Assembly (NCBI GenBank): GCA_052168235.1
Contig: JBQLZK010000052.1
Coordinates: 1 to 53,198 of the forward strand
DNA length: 53,198 nucleotides
Source: Thainema sp.
Lineage (GTDB): Bacteria > Cyanobacteriota > Cyanobacteriia > Phormidesmidales > Phormidesmidaceae
Direction: 5' to 3'
Shown here one piece after another: positions 11,005-21,384 of this stretch; the stretch's first letter is position 1, and each line of letters opens with the position of its first letter. The notes under the pieces are model-generated. The model ran no database searches and was not told where the DNA came from. It was given only the letters and a program-made list of their open reading frames with translations. The position numbers were made by a program, and so were the translations under genes.

Positions 11005-11070
11005 AAGCGCTAGCGTAACCCAGCAAAACCATCGATGGTGTTGGGTTTCGCGATGCTCAACCCAACCTAC
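11005..11070. repeat. REP-like element (GTAGGTTGGGTTGAG...CGAAACCCAACA family), inverted pair
   Basis: The reverse complement of 11039-11070 is GTAGGTTGGGTTGAGCATCGCGAAACCCAACA; degenerate opposite copy at 11005-11025; related copies at 40877 and 53004. Confidence 0.75.
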
Positions 11071-11127
11071 GGAGAAACCACCCTCGACTCCCTTGACCTC
11101 CCCTTACAGCCTCAAACCCCTTTACAG

Positions 11128-11200
11128 CCCACCTACCCATCCACCCATCCACCCATCTACCCTCCCACTCATCCACCCTCCCACTCATCCACTCCTCACC
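11128..11200. repeat. Short tandem 8-mer repeats (CCACCCAT-type)
   Basis: cccacctacccatccacccatccacccatctaccctcccactcatccacc... Confidence 0.75.
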
Positions 11201-11267
11201 CAAAATTCTGGGATAAGCTCTAATTGGAATAACTAGATCGATCGTCCGAATAAGTTACGAGACCACC

Positions 11268-11927
11268 ATGAGTTCTTTTTGGCAGCGCGCCTTTCGCTTA
11301 CCTCAAACCTACTTGCTCCTAGCTGGAGCGGGTTTAGGCTATTTAGCTTTGCTGGTGTGGATTGGCACTAGACCATTAGTCATTTTGATCGGAGGCGCGA
11401 TCGCACTTGCCATGATCGGCCTCTGGTTTCGGCGACTGCGGCCTCAGAACTTCTCCAACGAAGCAAACGTGCTGGATGCCGATGTCTTCTTTGCCCGGCT
11501 CAAAGCACTCGAAACCAAAACCGCTCCCAGCCAAACCAAACGCCGCGAATGGCTCGACTCCTACCGCTGGACACAAGCCTGCCACCAATACGCTACAGGT
11601 ATCGCTCAGCGTAGCCCTACCCTCTCATCTGATCTCGTTGAAACTTTGTATACCGTATTGGGACTCTTCGACCAAGTCGTAGAATCGCTCAATGCCCTCG
11701 AACAGGTCAAGACAGAGGAGTACCGCCAGATCACCACACAGCATCTGCACGCCAGTTGCGATCGCTTACACGAAACCCACAATCAGCTCCAGCAACTGCA
11801 AGACCAAATCCTCATCTCCGGCCTCTCCCGCGAAGCCCTCGGCCAAGATTCCAACCTACCCATGCGCCTGCGAGTGGTGATTGACGCTAACAAGACTGCG
11901 TTGCAGCCGCCGCCGTCTAGAGAGTGA
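11268..11927 (+). CDS. Hypothetical protein: two N-terminal TM helices plus helical/coiled-coil domain
   Basis: 219-aa ATG ORF with hydrophobic N-terminus and heptad-rich C-terminus. Confidence 0.75.
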   Translation: MSSFWQRAFRLPQTYLLLAGAGLGYLALLVWIGTRPLVILIGGAIALAMIGLWFRRLRPQNFSNEANVLDADVFFARLKALETKTAPSQTKRREWLDSYRWTQACHQYATGIAQRSPTLSSDLVETLYTVLGLFDQVVESLNALEQVKTEEYRQITTQHLHASCDRLHETHNQLQQLQDQILISGLSREALGQDSNLPMRLRVVIDANKTALQPPPSRE

Positions 11928-12100
11928 GGAGTGATGGGGTGGATGAGTAGGAGGGTAGATGGGTAGGTGAGTAGATGGGCCGTAAAGGCCATAGATGACT
12001 GATGCAGTTCGGCTCCATTTCGCTCTGCCTAACAGCTCCCCTACCTCTCCCGCTCATCCACTCATCCACCCTCCTACCCTCCCACTTCCCCTTCATAGTT
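11925..12100. repeat. G-rich then C-rich short tandem repeats between convergent genes
   Basis: gatggggtggatgagtaggagggtagatgggtaggtgagtagatggg followed by the complementary-type tract ctcatccactcatccaccctcctaccctcccac. Confidence 0.7.
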
Positions 12101-12135
12101 CCCTCAACTCCTCTACAGCGCTTTACGCCTCACCC

Positions 12136-13599
12136 CTACTGCATCTTCCTCGCCTCAAAGAAATCCTCAAAGAACCCGCCGTACGCCTCCATGCCGTGCT
12201 CACTGATGTCTAAACCGCGTACTTCCTCAATTGTGGACAGACGGATGCCGATGGTGACTTTTAGGGCTAACCAAACAATCAGACTTGTAACGGCAGTGAA
12301 GCCAAAAACCGCGATCGCACCCACCAACTGAGCGAACAACTGCTGTAGTCCACCGCCGAACAATAGACCTGCGAGCGGGCCATCGCTATACCAGGAGTAG
12401 ATGCCGGGGCCAACACTGAATAGACCAACGGCCAGGGTGCCCCAAATGCCGCAGATTAGGTGGACGGAGATGGCTCCCACCGGATCGTCCACTTTCAATT
12501 GATCGGCGGTTGTCACGGAAAAGACGACAATGATGCCTGCGATTAAGCCAATCACGGCTGCACTACCGATGGCGACAAAGGCACAGGAGGCGGTAATGCC
12601 AACCAGACCAGCCAGAACGCCGTTAATAATCATGGTTAGGTCAGGCTTGCCGAGATAAATCCACGAGGTGATGGCGGCACTCAGTCCACCTGTAGCAGCG
12701 GCCATATTGGTGGTCAAAATAATGTGGCTAATGGCTTCGGGGTCAGCGGACATGGTAGAACCGGGGTTAAAGCCAAACCAGCCCAGCCAGAGGATGAGAC
12801 AGCCCAGAGTCGAAATCGCCAAGTTATGCCCCGGCATGGCAATGCTGTTTTGGCCCTGATAGCGACCGTAGCGGGCACCCAGCAAGATCGCGCCGACCAG
12901 TCCGGCACAGCCACCGACGGAATGGACGACCGTTGAACCCGCAAAATCTGAAAAGCCCAGTTCCGACAGCCAGCCGCCGCCCCAAACCCAGTGTCCAGTG
13001 ATCGGGTACGAGATACCCACCAGAATTAAGCTGAAGATGACAAAGCTGATGAATTTTACCCGCTCGGCCACGGCTCCAGAAACGATGGTGGCGGCTGTTC
13101 CCGCAAAGGCGAGCTGAAAGAAAAACTTGGCATTGAGCGGAATACTGACCCAGTCTAATGCGGCAAAGACGCCTTCGTAGTCAGCTCCTGTAGCGGGGCT
13201 GTTGTCGAGTCCACCGAGGAAAAAGCCATTGGCTCCGAAGAAGGGCGTGCCGTTGCCAAACATGATGGCAAACCCAATGGACCAATAAGCAATGGTGGAC
13301 AGGGCGAATACAATCAGGTTTTTGGCCAGCAGATTAACGGCGTTTTTACTGCGACAGAATCCCGTCTCCAACATGCAGAATCCCGCATTCATAAAGAAGA
13401 CCAAAATACCCGCGAACAAGACCCACAGGGTATCAACGACAACGCGCCAGCTTTCCACACCTTCAGCGACTTCGGGTTCCAAGATATCTGCGGTTTGAGC
13501 CACAACGCTGGAGCCGCAAGCCAGCAGGATGCCAATCGTAAATAACAACAGCAAGACTGATGTAGAGGATAAGCGGCTGAATTGCCCGATAGACCCCAT
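12136..13599 (-). CDS. amt: Ammonium transporter (Amt family)
   Basis: [51 protein letters not shown] and [10 protein letters not shown] motifs. Start uncertain (ATG 13599 chosen; frame open to 13728). Confidence 0.95.
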   Translation of the reverse strand: MGSIGQFSRLSSTSVLLLLFTIGILLACGSSVVAQTADILEPEVAEGVESWRVVVDTLWVLFAGILVFFMNAGFCMLETGFCRSKNAVNLLAKNLIVFALSTIAYWSIGFAIMFGNGTPFFGANGFFLGGLDNSPATGADYEGVFAALDWVSIPLNAKFFFQLAFAGTAATIVSGAVAERVKFISFVIFSLILVGISYPITGHWVWGGGWLSELGFSDFAGSTVVHSVGGCAGLVGAILLGARYGRYQGQNSIAMPGHNLAISTLGCLILWLGWFGFNPGSTMSADPEAISHIILTTNMAAATGGLSAAITSWIYLGKPDLTMIINGVLAGLVGITASCAFVAIGSAAVIGLIAGIIVVFSVTTADQLKVDDPVGAISVHLICGIWGTLAVGLFSVGPGIYSWYSDGPLAGLLFGGGLQQLFAQLVGAIAVFGFTAVTSLIVWLALKVTIGIRLSTIEEVRGLDISEHGMEAYGGFFEDFFEARKMQ

Positions 13600-14180
13600 A
13601 GATTGAGTAGATTGGGGTTTAGGTTCGGGATGAACAGGATAGTTGGGATTCGGGTAGATACGATGGGAACAAGAATTGCGATCGCAAGTTGTCATATGAA
13701 GTAGATGAACATTCCAAAACAGCATCATGCACGCTGACTAGCGGTAACACTAGCGCCACTAGCACAGTATTATTCATCACCTCATACACTGAAACTGCAC
13801 TGCATGTGACTGATCGGCACCCAACTTATTGAAGTTTTCGAGATTAAAGTTTTTGAGAACTGCCCAACTAAGCGACTGGGCGATATGAAACATTACTTAT
13901 ATAATGTGAACCCAAAGCAACAATTTACATAAATTAATGTCAAATTTCACCCCAGGCAAGCTAAGGAATGCTGCTGATTATGTCCAACAGGGGATTTGAA
14001 TGTCCAGGCTGATCCCCGAGAATATGAACAGAAACACAGATAAGCGTGTTATCGGAACTGTCATCTGCGACGGAAACCGTCTGTAATAGGCCATAACCTG
14101 AATTAAATCTGGGTTATATCCAAATTAATATCCACTTAAATCACCTATCCAAGACCCATCTAAGACCCAGTGGCTGGCGA

Positions 14181-14196
14181 ATACGGTTCTCCCTAC
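14181..14196 (+). promoter_or_regulatory. K-box-like motif upstream of clpC
   Basis: ATACGG-TTCT-CCCTAC partially matches the cyanobacterial chaperone K-box GTTCGG-NNAN-CCNNAC; TAGATT (-10-like) 23 nt downstream. Confidence 0.4.
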
Positions 14197-14236
14197 TGCC
14201 AGTTCCAGAGAAATCTTAGTAGATTAGTTTTAGACA

Positions 14237-14254
14237 GTTACAAATAGTTACAAG
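14237..14254 (+). promoter_or_regulatory. HLR1 (RpaB-binding) direct repeat
   Basis: GTTACAAA-TA-GTTACAAG matches (G/T)TTACA(T/A)(T/A)-N2 repeat at 15 of 16 positions. Confidence 0.7.
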
Positions 14255-14330
14255 CGCTTAAGAACATATAAAGGCGTGCTTGGCCTCTCGCCAACAGCCT
14301 GTAGCAACATCGGCTGAGGATATCTAACGA

Positions 14331-16817
14331 ATGTTTGAATACTTCACAGACAAAGCAATAGCAGTCGTCATGAAGGCACAGGAGGAGGCTCGGCGACTTG
14401 GTCACAATTTTGTGGGAACAGAGCAAGTCTTACTCGGTTTAATCAGCGTCTCAAATGGGATTGCGTCTCAAGTGCTCGACCGACTGGGGGTACGCTTAGA
14501 AGCTGCCAGGGTCGAAGTTGAAAGCATCATTGGTCGCGGTGCCGGACGAGTTCCTTCTGAAATTCCCTTCACTCCCAAAGCTAAGCGAATTTTTGAACAA
14601 GCGGTTGAGGAATCGCGTCGGCTGGATCATCGCTACATTGGACCTGAGCATCTGTTACTAGGACTGACTCGCGATCCAGAAACGGTAGCCGCTCGGGTGA
14701 TGCAGAATCTGGGCGTAGAACTAGCAGAAGTGCGACGCCAGGTGATTCAAGCTATTGGCGAAGAACCGGCAACGGCTGCTGTCGGTAGTCGCGCAGAACA
14801 ACGCAATCCATTTGGGCGTAGTCAGCGCTCCAACAAAGTTTTGGCGGAGTTCGGAGTCGATCTCACTGAAAAAGCCGCTCAAGGCAAATTAGATCCCGTT
14901 GTGGGTCGTCAAAAAGAAATTGAGCGCGTCATCCAGATTCTAGGCCGACGCACCAAGAATAATCCGATTTTGATTGGTGAACCTGGCGTCGGTAAAACTG
15001 CGATCGCAGAAGGACTAGCCCAGCGGATTATCAATCAAGATGTCCCCGAAACCATGCAGGATAAGCAGGTGATCCAGCTTGATATGGGTCTACTGGTTTC
15101 TGGTACCCGCTTCCGGGGCGATTTTGAAGAGCGTCTGACCAAAGTTCTGAGTGAGGTACGCGAATCTGGCAACATCATTTTGGTGATTGACGAGATTCAT
15201 ACCTTGGTTGGAGCAGGTTCGCTAGACGGTGGTTTAGACGCATCAAACATGCTGAAGCCCGCTTTAGCACGAGGTGAACTCCAGTGCATTGGTGCCACGA
15301 CGCTAGATGAGTACCGCCAGCACTTTGAGCGTGATGCAGCCCTAGAGCGCCGCTTCCAGCCTGTAAAAGTAGGTGAGCCGACGGCTCAGGAAACCCTGGA
15401 GATTCTCTATGGTCTCAGAGGTCGCTACGAACAGCATCACCGCTTAACCATCTCCAATGAAGCCTTAGACGCCGCCGTCAAGCTGGCTGACCGCTACATC
15501 ACCGATCGCTTTCTGCCCGATAAGGCAATTGACCTGATTGATGAAGCGGGTTCGCGCGTCCGCTTACGCCATGCGAAGAAGTCCGCTAAAGGCGAACTAC
15601 GGCGCGATTTGCGTAAAGTCGCTAAGGAACTGAACACAGCCGTGCAGGTGCAAGACTTTGAGAAAGCCAGCGAACTGCGCGATCGCGAAATTGAACTGCA
15701 AGGCCAGATCCAGGCTGAGACTCAAGCCTCAGAAGCTCCACCTCAAGTCATGCCCGTAGTGGACGAAGAGGACATCGCTCACATCGTCGCTTCTTGGACA
15801 GGCGTTCCCGTTACGCGGTTGACGGAATCTGAATCAGCTATGCTGCTGCATTTGGAAGATACGCTGCATGAGCGTCTAATTGGACAAAATGAGGCGGTCT
15901 CTGCAGTAGCTCGCTCCATCCGTCGGGCTCGTACAGGCTTAGGCAATCCAGAGCGGCCAATCGCCAGCTTTATCTTCTCTGGCCCTACAGGTGTGGGCAA
16001 AACCGAGCTAACCAAAGCCGTAGCCGCTGCTGTCTTCGGCTCAGAGGACGCGATGATTCGCCTCGACATGTCCGAATTCATGGAGCGCCATACGGTATCC
16101 AAGCTGATTGGTTCGCCGCCGGGATTTGTCGGCTATGACGAAGGTGGTCAGCTCACAGAAGCCGTCCGTCGTCGGCCTTACACAGTGCTGCTGCTCGACG
16201 AAATCGAGAAAGCGCATCCAGACGTGTTCAACACGCTGCTGCAACTGCTCGATGATGGCCGCCTGACAGACGCCAAGGGGCGCGTGGTCAGCTTTAAGAA
16301 CACGATTGTGATCATGACCTCCAACATCGGTTCCCGCGTCATCGAGAAGGGTGGCGGTGGTATTGGCTTTGACTTCACCGATTTGGATGCCTCTGAAACT
16401 CAGTATCGCCGTATCCAAGAAAAAGTGAATGAGGAGCTAAAGCAGTACTTCCGACCTGAGTTCCTCAATCGACTGGATGAGATCATTGTCTTCCGTCAGT
16501 TGACCAAGCCAGAGGTGACTCAAATTGCCGATCTGCTGCTGGATCAGGTGATGAACAATATCACCGATCGCAATATCACGCTGGAAGTCAGCGATGCTAT
16601 GAAAGAGCGGATTATTGCTGAAGGGTATGATCCGAGTTATGGCGCTCGTCCGCTCCGCCGTGCGATCGCACGTCTCATCGAAGACAATCTAGCAGAAGCC
16701 CTGCTAGAAGGTCGCGTCAACGACGGTGATACAGCCGTTGCAGATCTCGATGATGATGGCAACGTGTTGATTCGGTCCGCCAAAGAACCCGCCTTGATTG
16801 GCGCACGTCAGCACTAA
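14331..16817 (+). CDS. clpC: ATP-dependent Clp protease ATP-binding subunit ClpC (divergent paralog)
   Basis: Two Clp-N repeats, Walker A motifs GEPGVGKT and [11 protein letters not shown]-like middle domain, GGIGF ClpP-docking loop. Confidence 0.93.
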   Translation: MFEYFTDKAIAVVMKAQEEARRLGHNFVGTEQVLLGLISVSNGIASQVLDRLGVRLEAARVEVESIIGRGAGRVPSEIPFTPKAKRIFEQAVEESRRLDHRYIGPEHLLLGLTRDPETVAARVMQNLGVELAEVRRQVIQAIGEEPATAAVGSRAEQRNPFGRSQRSNKVLAEFGVDLTEKAAQGKLDPVVGRQKEIERVIQILGRRTKNNPILIGEPGVGKTAIAEGLAQRIINQDVPETMQDKQVIQLDMGLLVSGTRFRGDFEERLTKVLSEVRESGNIILVIDEIHTLVGAGSLDGGLDASNMLKPALARGELQCIGATTLDEYRQHFERDAALERRFQPVKVGEPTAQETLEILYGLRGRYEQHHRLTISNEALDAAVKLADRYITDRFLPDKAIDLIDEAGSRVRLRHAKKSAKGELRRDLRKVAKELNTAVQVQDFEKASELRDREIELQGQIQAETQASEAPPQVMPVVDEEDIAHIVASWTGVPVTRLTESESAMLLHLEDTLHERLIGQNEAVSAVARSIRRARTGLGNPERPIASFIFSGPTGVGKTELTKAVAAAVFGSEDAMIRLDMSEFMERHTVSKLIGSPPGFVGYDEGGQLTEAVRRRPYTVLLLDEIEKAHPDVFNTLLQLLDDGRLTDAKGRVVSFKNTIVIMTSNIGSRVIEKGGGGIGFDFTDLDASETQYRRIQEKVNEELKQYFRPEFLNRLDEIIVFRQLTKPEVTQIADLLLDQVMNNITDRNITLEVSDAMKERIIAEGYDPSYGARPLRRAIARLIEDNLAEALLEGRVNDGDTAVADLDDDGNVLIRSAKEPALIGARQH

Positions 16818-16840
16818 TGCCCTAGAAACTTACGGTAACG

Positions 16841-16869
16841 AAAAGGGACGCGGTATCCGCGTCCCTTTT
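16841..16869. terminator. Bidirectional intrinsic terminator
   Basis: AAAAGGGACGCGG-TAT-CCGCGTCCCTTTT between convergent clpC and the ABC binding protein gene. Confidence 0.88.
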
Positions 16870-16872
16870 GCT

Positions 16873-18525
16873 TTAGTTTTTCTCAACGGTTTCAAAGGGT
16901 TCGGAACCGAGAGGACTAGGCACCCAGCCTTCTATGGTTGAACGTTGAGCCAGCAGCGGCTGTGAGTGAACGATGGGAATTCGCACCGCTTCTTCAAATA
17001 AGATTTCGTCTACTTCGGCGTAATACTCTTGTCGAGCTGCTTCATCGCTTTCAGCCCGTGCCTGATTGAGGAGTTCCACCACGCGGGGATTGCTCCAGTT
17101 GCTCAAGTCAGCCGTCGCTCCTGGCCCAAAGTGAGCATAGTAGAAGTTGTCCGGGTCGCCATAGTCACCAGTCCAGCCCAGCATAAACGACTGGAAACCG
17201 GGTGGCGTATTGCGGTCTTCTAGGTACGCGCCCCAGTCTTTGGTTTGCAGATTAACGTTGATGCCAATGGCGCTTAGTTCAGCCGCAAAGGCTTCAGCAA
17301 TCGGCTTGGGATTTGGGAAATAGGGGCGACTGACGGGCATGTACCACAGGTCTAAATCAAAACCGTTCGCATAACCCGCATCTGCCAGTGCCTGTTGCGC
17401 CGCTTCGGGATTATACTCATAATCCGTTACGCTATCGGACTGATAATCAGTCATTGAGGGCGGCGTGAAATGGCCATCAGTTTGACCAAGTCCCTGCCAG
17501 AACGCTTCAACAATTTCGGTTTTATTAATGGCTTGAGCAATTGCCTGCCGCACGGCTGGTGTCGCCAGCGGTTCATAACCGGGATTAAGCGATAAATACC
17601 CGACGTTGAACGAAGGTCGTAAAACCGCTTCCAGATTGCTATCGGTATTGATTTCAGCTTGCTGATCGGGCGTCAGCTCAACTGTAAAGTCAATCGTGCC
17701 CGCCCGCAGCTGGGCTAGACGTGCCGCCGGATCTTCGACAAACGTGATCACCAGCTGTTCCACTTTGGGCAAATCGGCTTTCCAATAGTCGGGATTCGCG
17801 CTGAGGGTAATCCGGTCGCCTGATCGCCAGTCTTCAAAGACAAATGGGCCAGTACCCACTGCCACGGATGACGGTGTGCCATAGTCAGCTCCAGCAGATT
17901 GAATCGCGGTGGGGCTAGCAATACCGAAATAGCCAGATGCGATCGCAGCTGGAAACGCCGCAAACGGCTGCGCTAAGACAAACTCAATCGTATCTGGATC
18001 AACGACCCGCAGCTCTTGCAAAATCGACTCTGCCGTTCCCTTAAACCCACCGAAGAGATACGCCCAAATTTCGTAGGTCTTACCGCTGTCTCGATAGCCA
18101 TACTCAAACCCTGGATCCCACCAGCGATTGATGTTAAAGGCTACGGCATCGGCATTAAACTCTGTGCCATCGTGAAACTGTACGTCCGATTGTAGATTCA
18201 GCGTCCAGGTCAAGCCATCATCCGACACTGACCAGTCGGTGGCCAAACTCGGCTCTAGCTCAGCCGTACCCGGTGCAAAGTCAATCAGCCGATTGTAAAT
18301 TTGCTCCTGGACAATGATCGAGTTGCCGTCGGTAATGTTGCCCGGTTCTAAATTCACGGGCTGACCAGCAGAGCCAAAGACCAAGGTACTTGTCGCCGCA
18401 GTTGAGCCTGCACGGCCAGAGCTGTCGCTCGTCGGGGGTGTGCCATCACAATTGGTGAGTGCGATCGCAACTGCGAGAGTCATTACTGCGATCGTAACGA
18501 ATCGAAATCGTTTGAATAAAGCCAT
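16873..18525 (-). CDS. Peptide/dipeptide ABC transporter substrate-binding lipoprotein (family 5, DppA-like)
   Basis: Lipobox ALTNC, LEPSLATDWSVSDDGLTWT..L...VQFHDGT, GTGPF, GWTGDYGDPDNF; ATG 18525 preferred. Confidence 0.9.
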   Translation of the reverse strand: MALFKRFRFVTIAVMTLAVAIALTNCDGTPPTSDSSGRAGSTAATSTLVFGSAGQPVNLEPGNITDGNSIIVQEQIYNRLIDFAPGTAELEPSLATDWSVSDDGLTWTLNLQSDVQFHDGTEFNADAVAFNINRWWDPGFEYGYRDSGKTYEIWAYLFGGFKGTAESILQELRVVDPDTIEFVLAQPFAAFPAAIASGYFGIASPTAIQSAGADYGTPSSVAVGTGPFVFEDWRSGDRITLSANPDYWKADLPKVEQLVITFVEDPAARLAQLRAGTIDFTVELTPDQQAEINTDSNLEAVLRPSFNVGYLSLNPGYEPLATPAVRQAIAQAINKTEIVEAFWQGLGQTDGHFTPPSMTDYQSDSVTDYEYNPEAAQQALADAGYANGFDLDLWYMPVSRPYFPNPKPIAEAFAAELSAIGINVNLQTKDWGAYLEDRNTPPGFQSFMLGWTGDYGDPDNFYYAHFGPGATADLSNWSNPRVVELLNQARAESDEAARQEYYAEVDEILFEEAVRIPIVHSQPLLAQRSTIEGWVPSPLGSEPFETVEKN

Positions 18526-18713
18526 AGCGTTGAGGTCAAGTCCGGTAATAGTCTTCCTGCGTGAATGCTGCACGGCGGTACTGCCAACCCTTCACCCCCT
18601 CATACCGCAGCCATGCAGGAAGCCTAATGAAAACTAATTTTATTTTTGTAAAAGACAGACGTTGCACGCGTTTCACAAAAATTGGCTTTTAGTGGCTGTT
18701 AGATCGAGTGCTG

Positions 18714-19610
18714 CTAACGCAGTGATAGTGCTCGTCGCCCCAGTGACCCAATCGTTTTTACCCACTGCTTGGGTGGACAGTAGCGCACAAAGGTATACAG
18801 CAACGGTGGCAAGAATAAATGAGATTTCTTGTGCAACAGTGCATAACTTAGACCGCGCAGGCTCTTCAAGTCGAGTCGTTTTTGCTCAACTGAAAAGTCG
18901 TTATACAGCACCACATGGGAAGCCACGTAGGACTGAATGCCAGCCCGATTCGCTCGCATCATCAGCTCAGAGTCGGCATGATAGTGGGGCAGCAGCCAAT
19001 CATTATATAAGCCAATGCGGGTAAACACGCTGCGATGAATCAGGACGCCATTGCCGGGCAGCGCCTCAACTTCCCGCACAGGCTGCGCCCAGATTTCAGC
19101 CGGAACATCCGCTTCTCGCACATCACAATAGGCCAGCGTCAAAAAGGCGGCACTGCCCCAGTTGGAATAAGTACCCAGTGACCAAATGCGATCGCGTTCA
19201 GCCAGGTAGTTAATCCGGTTGCCCAAAATTAGGCAGTGATGGGTCTGCGCCAGTCTGACCAGCTGTTCGAGGTGATCGGTCGCGAAAACGGCATCGTCAT
19301 TAACCGTAAAAACATAGTCACAGTTGGTCTCTAGAGCATGGCGCACGCCGGCATTGGTCGAGCCTGCCCAGTAGCACTGATCGCTCACTTCAATCACAGT
19401 GACATGGGGAAAATGCTGACGCACTCGTTCCGGCGTCCCGTCCGATGAGTGGGCATCTACGATAATCACCTGCAAGTGGGGATAGGTCTGATCTGCGATC
19501 GCACTCAAAAACCGCTGTGTTTTCAGCCAGCGGTTGCGCGTCGGCACCACAACCCCGACTTTGGGCATTACCAACTCTGAATCAGACGGAGCAGCCGCAA
19601 ATGAGTTCAT
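18714..19610 (-). CDS. Glycosyltransferase family 2
   Basis: VVVPTRNR, IIVDAHSSDGT, NDD (DxD-like), HYHADSE. Confidence 0.88.
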   Translation of the reverse strand: MNSFAAAPSDSELVMPKVGVVVPTRNRWLKTQRFLSAIADQTYPHLQVIIVDAHSSDGTPERVRQHFPHVTVIEVSDQCYWAGSTNAGVRHALETNCDYVFTVNDDAVFATDHLEQLVRLAQTHHCLILGNRINYLAERDRIWSLGTYSNWGSAAFLTLAYCDVREADVPAEIWAQPVREVEALPGNGVLIHRSVFTRIGLYNDWLLPHYHADSELMMRANRAGIQSYVASHVVLYNDFSVEQKRLDLKSLRGLSYALLHKKSHLFLPPLLYTFVRYCPPKQWVKTIGSLGRRALSLR

Positions 19611-19628
19611 CCTCTTATTTCTCCAGCG

Positions 19629-20867
19629 TTATTTCTCCAGCGTTGCCACAATCGTCTGAATCTGTTCAACTAGCTGGTCAAGTTCAGATTCCAGCGTGAA
19701 GTAGTGCACACAGGCTCGTACACAGTTTGGATCCAGAATGGTTCGCAGCATAAAGCCATTTTGTTCCAACTGGCTGACCAGTTGCGTATGTAAACCAGGC
19801 GCACGTTCGGGTGTAGTTTGAACTTGGAACGATACAATCCCGGCTGCCGGTGCGGCCTCCCGCAGACAGTGAATCGCCGGAATCTGCTGCAATTTTTGCC
19901 AAAGATAGCGGCTCAAGTCGCACATCCGCTGATAGCGTTCTGTGGCGGTCCCCCATTGATCGTGAGTTGCGATCGCACTCACCAATGCCGGATAAAGCGC
20001 ATAGTCCGAAGTTGCCACTTCATACTTCTCACCCGAATCCTTCCAGCCCGTGGGATGACCTGCCGAATTCTTGATCAGGCCACGCCAGCCAATATAGGTT
20101 GGATGCAAATGCGATCGCGCTTCGGCGCTGACATACAGACCACCCAGCCCCGCAGCACTGCACAGCCACTTGTGGCCCGTAAACGCATAAAAATCAACTC
20201 CCGTCGCATCTAAATCAAGCGGCAAGGAGCCGACGGACTGGGCCGCATCTGCAAGAACTCGCACTGGCTGACCGAGATAATTTTGATGCTGGTGGCAGAC
20301 TCGCACAATTTCCGTCAGCGGCAGCACCTGTCCGGTATTCCACAGCAGATGGCTAAGCGCGACGAGGCGAGTTTTAGGCTGTAGATGGTCTGCAATCACC
20401 GTCGCCGGATCACCTTGATTGAGCGTATCCATAATTGGGCAGGTGGTTACCTCAAGGTCAAAACGCCGCTGGAGTTCTTGAATCGTGCCCAAGACACTGG
20501 GGTGTTCGCAGTCAGTGATCAAAATATGGTCGCCTGCCTGCCAGTCAAACCCCCAAAGCGCAATATTGCAACCGACGGATACATTTTCGGTTAGCGTCAT
20601 TGTCTCTGGAGAAACGCCCAATAAATCGGCTAACGCCTGCCGCAAGGTTTGAGTTTGCTGACTAATCCATTGGAACACTTCAGCGTTAAAGGGGCCAGAT
20701 CGCTGAATCTCTAGATGCCCAGCCTGAATCGCATCAAGGGCTGACTGAGGCATCGGGCCTTGGCCACCGTAGTTAAAGTAGGCTTTATTGGCAAGAGCCG
20801 GAAACTGCTGACGATGAGAGGTCAAATTAGAAATAGCAGTCGGTGAAGTTGGCATATTGGCTGGCAT
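19629..20867 (-). CDS. Class V PLP-dependent aminotransferase (cysteine/cystine lyase, C-DES-like)
   Basis: YFNYGGQG, EHPS, DAAQSVG, FTGHKWL (PLP lysine), RACVHYF. Confidence 0.88.
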   Translation of the reverse strand: MPANMPTSPTAISNLTSHRQQFPALANKAYFNYGGQGPMPQSALDAIQAGHLEIQRSGPFNAEVFQWISQQTQTLRQALADLLGVSPETMTLTENVSVGCNIALWGFDWQAGDHILITDCEHPSVLGTIQELQRRFDLEVTTCPIMDTLNQGDPATVIADHLQPKTRLVALSHLLWNTGQVLPLTEIVRVCHQHQNYLGQPVRVLADAAQSVGSLPLDLDATGVDFYAFTGHKWLCSAAGLGGLYVSAEARSHLHPTYIGWRGLIKNSAGHPTGWKDSGEKYEVATSDYALYPALVSAIATHDQWGTATERYQRMCDLSRYLWQKLQQIPAIHCLREAAPAAGIVSFQVQTTPERAPGLHTQLVSQLEQNGFMLRTILDPNCVRACVHYFTLESELDQLVEQIQTIVATLEK

Positions 20868-21384
20868 ATGTATTACAAATTGTGAAAGTTTAAGACTTGC
20901 TTAGTTACGCTACCGTAGTTTTCTGCTGCTTGTGATGCCCCTTTCGATCTAGGATATTGGTTACTGGATCAGCCAAATAAGAGGCTGAGATTTGATGTTC
21001 CCAAATTGCTGGATACCTTGATTTAACGGCACTATTGCCGCCCAAGGTCAGCAGCGAAACTTGTTTCAAGGGAGCTAGAGCTACAGGGTTTTCGCCGTTA
21101 CTAAATCGACAGCATGGTCATCAGTCGGGATCACGACGTGTAGAGGATAACAGGCAAAAATTGTAGAAGTACGCTATCTTCTGAGATAAGTGGAATAAAT
21201 TGGCAGTTTTGTCAATTCTAGAAAAGTTGATTCCTAGCGAAACCGCTAGGTTTTGATATAAAAGCTCTGAACTATACGCTGAAGTACAAGACTTTTGTGA
21301 TGCAGGTTGGCTGTCTACACTGCAATTTAAATATGGTACGGAGGTTGAAACGGTCGCGATTATGGCAACCGCCGTTTCCCTTCT

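Noticed and set aside
11035..11223. 62-aa ORF (and 11995-12213, 12002-12331)
   Set aside because: These are translations of REP and 8-mer tandem repeats
20868..21384. ncRNA or riboswitch in the 500-bp intergenic region
   Set aside because: Only a short hairpin (CCTAGCG-AAAC-CGCTAGG); no known RNA motif recognised. An Rfam/Infernal scan would be needed
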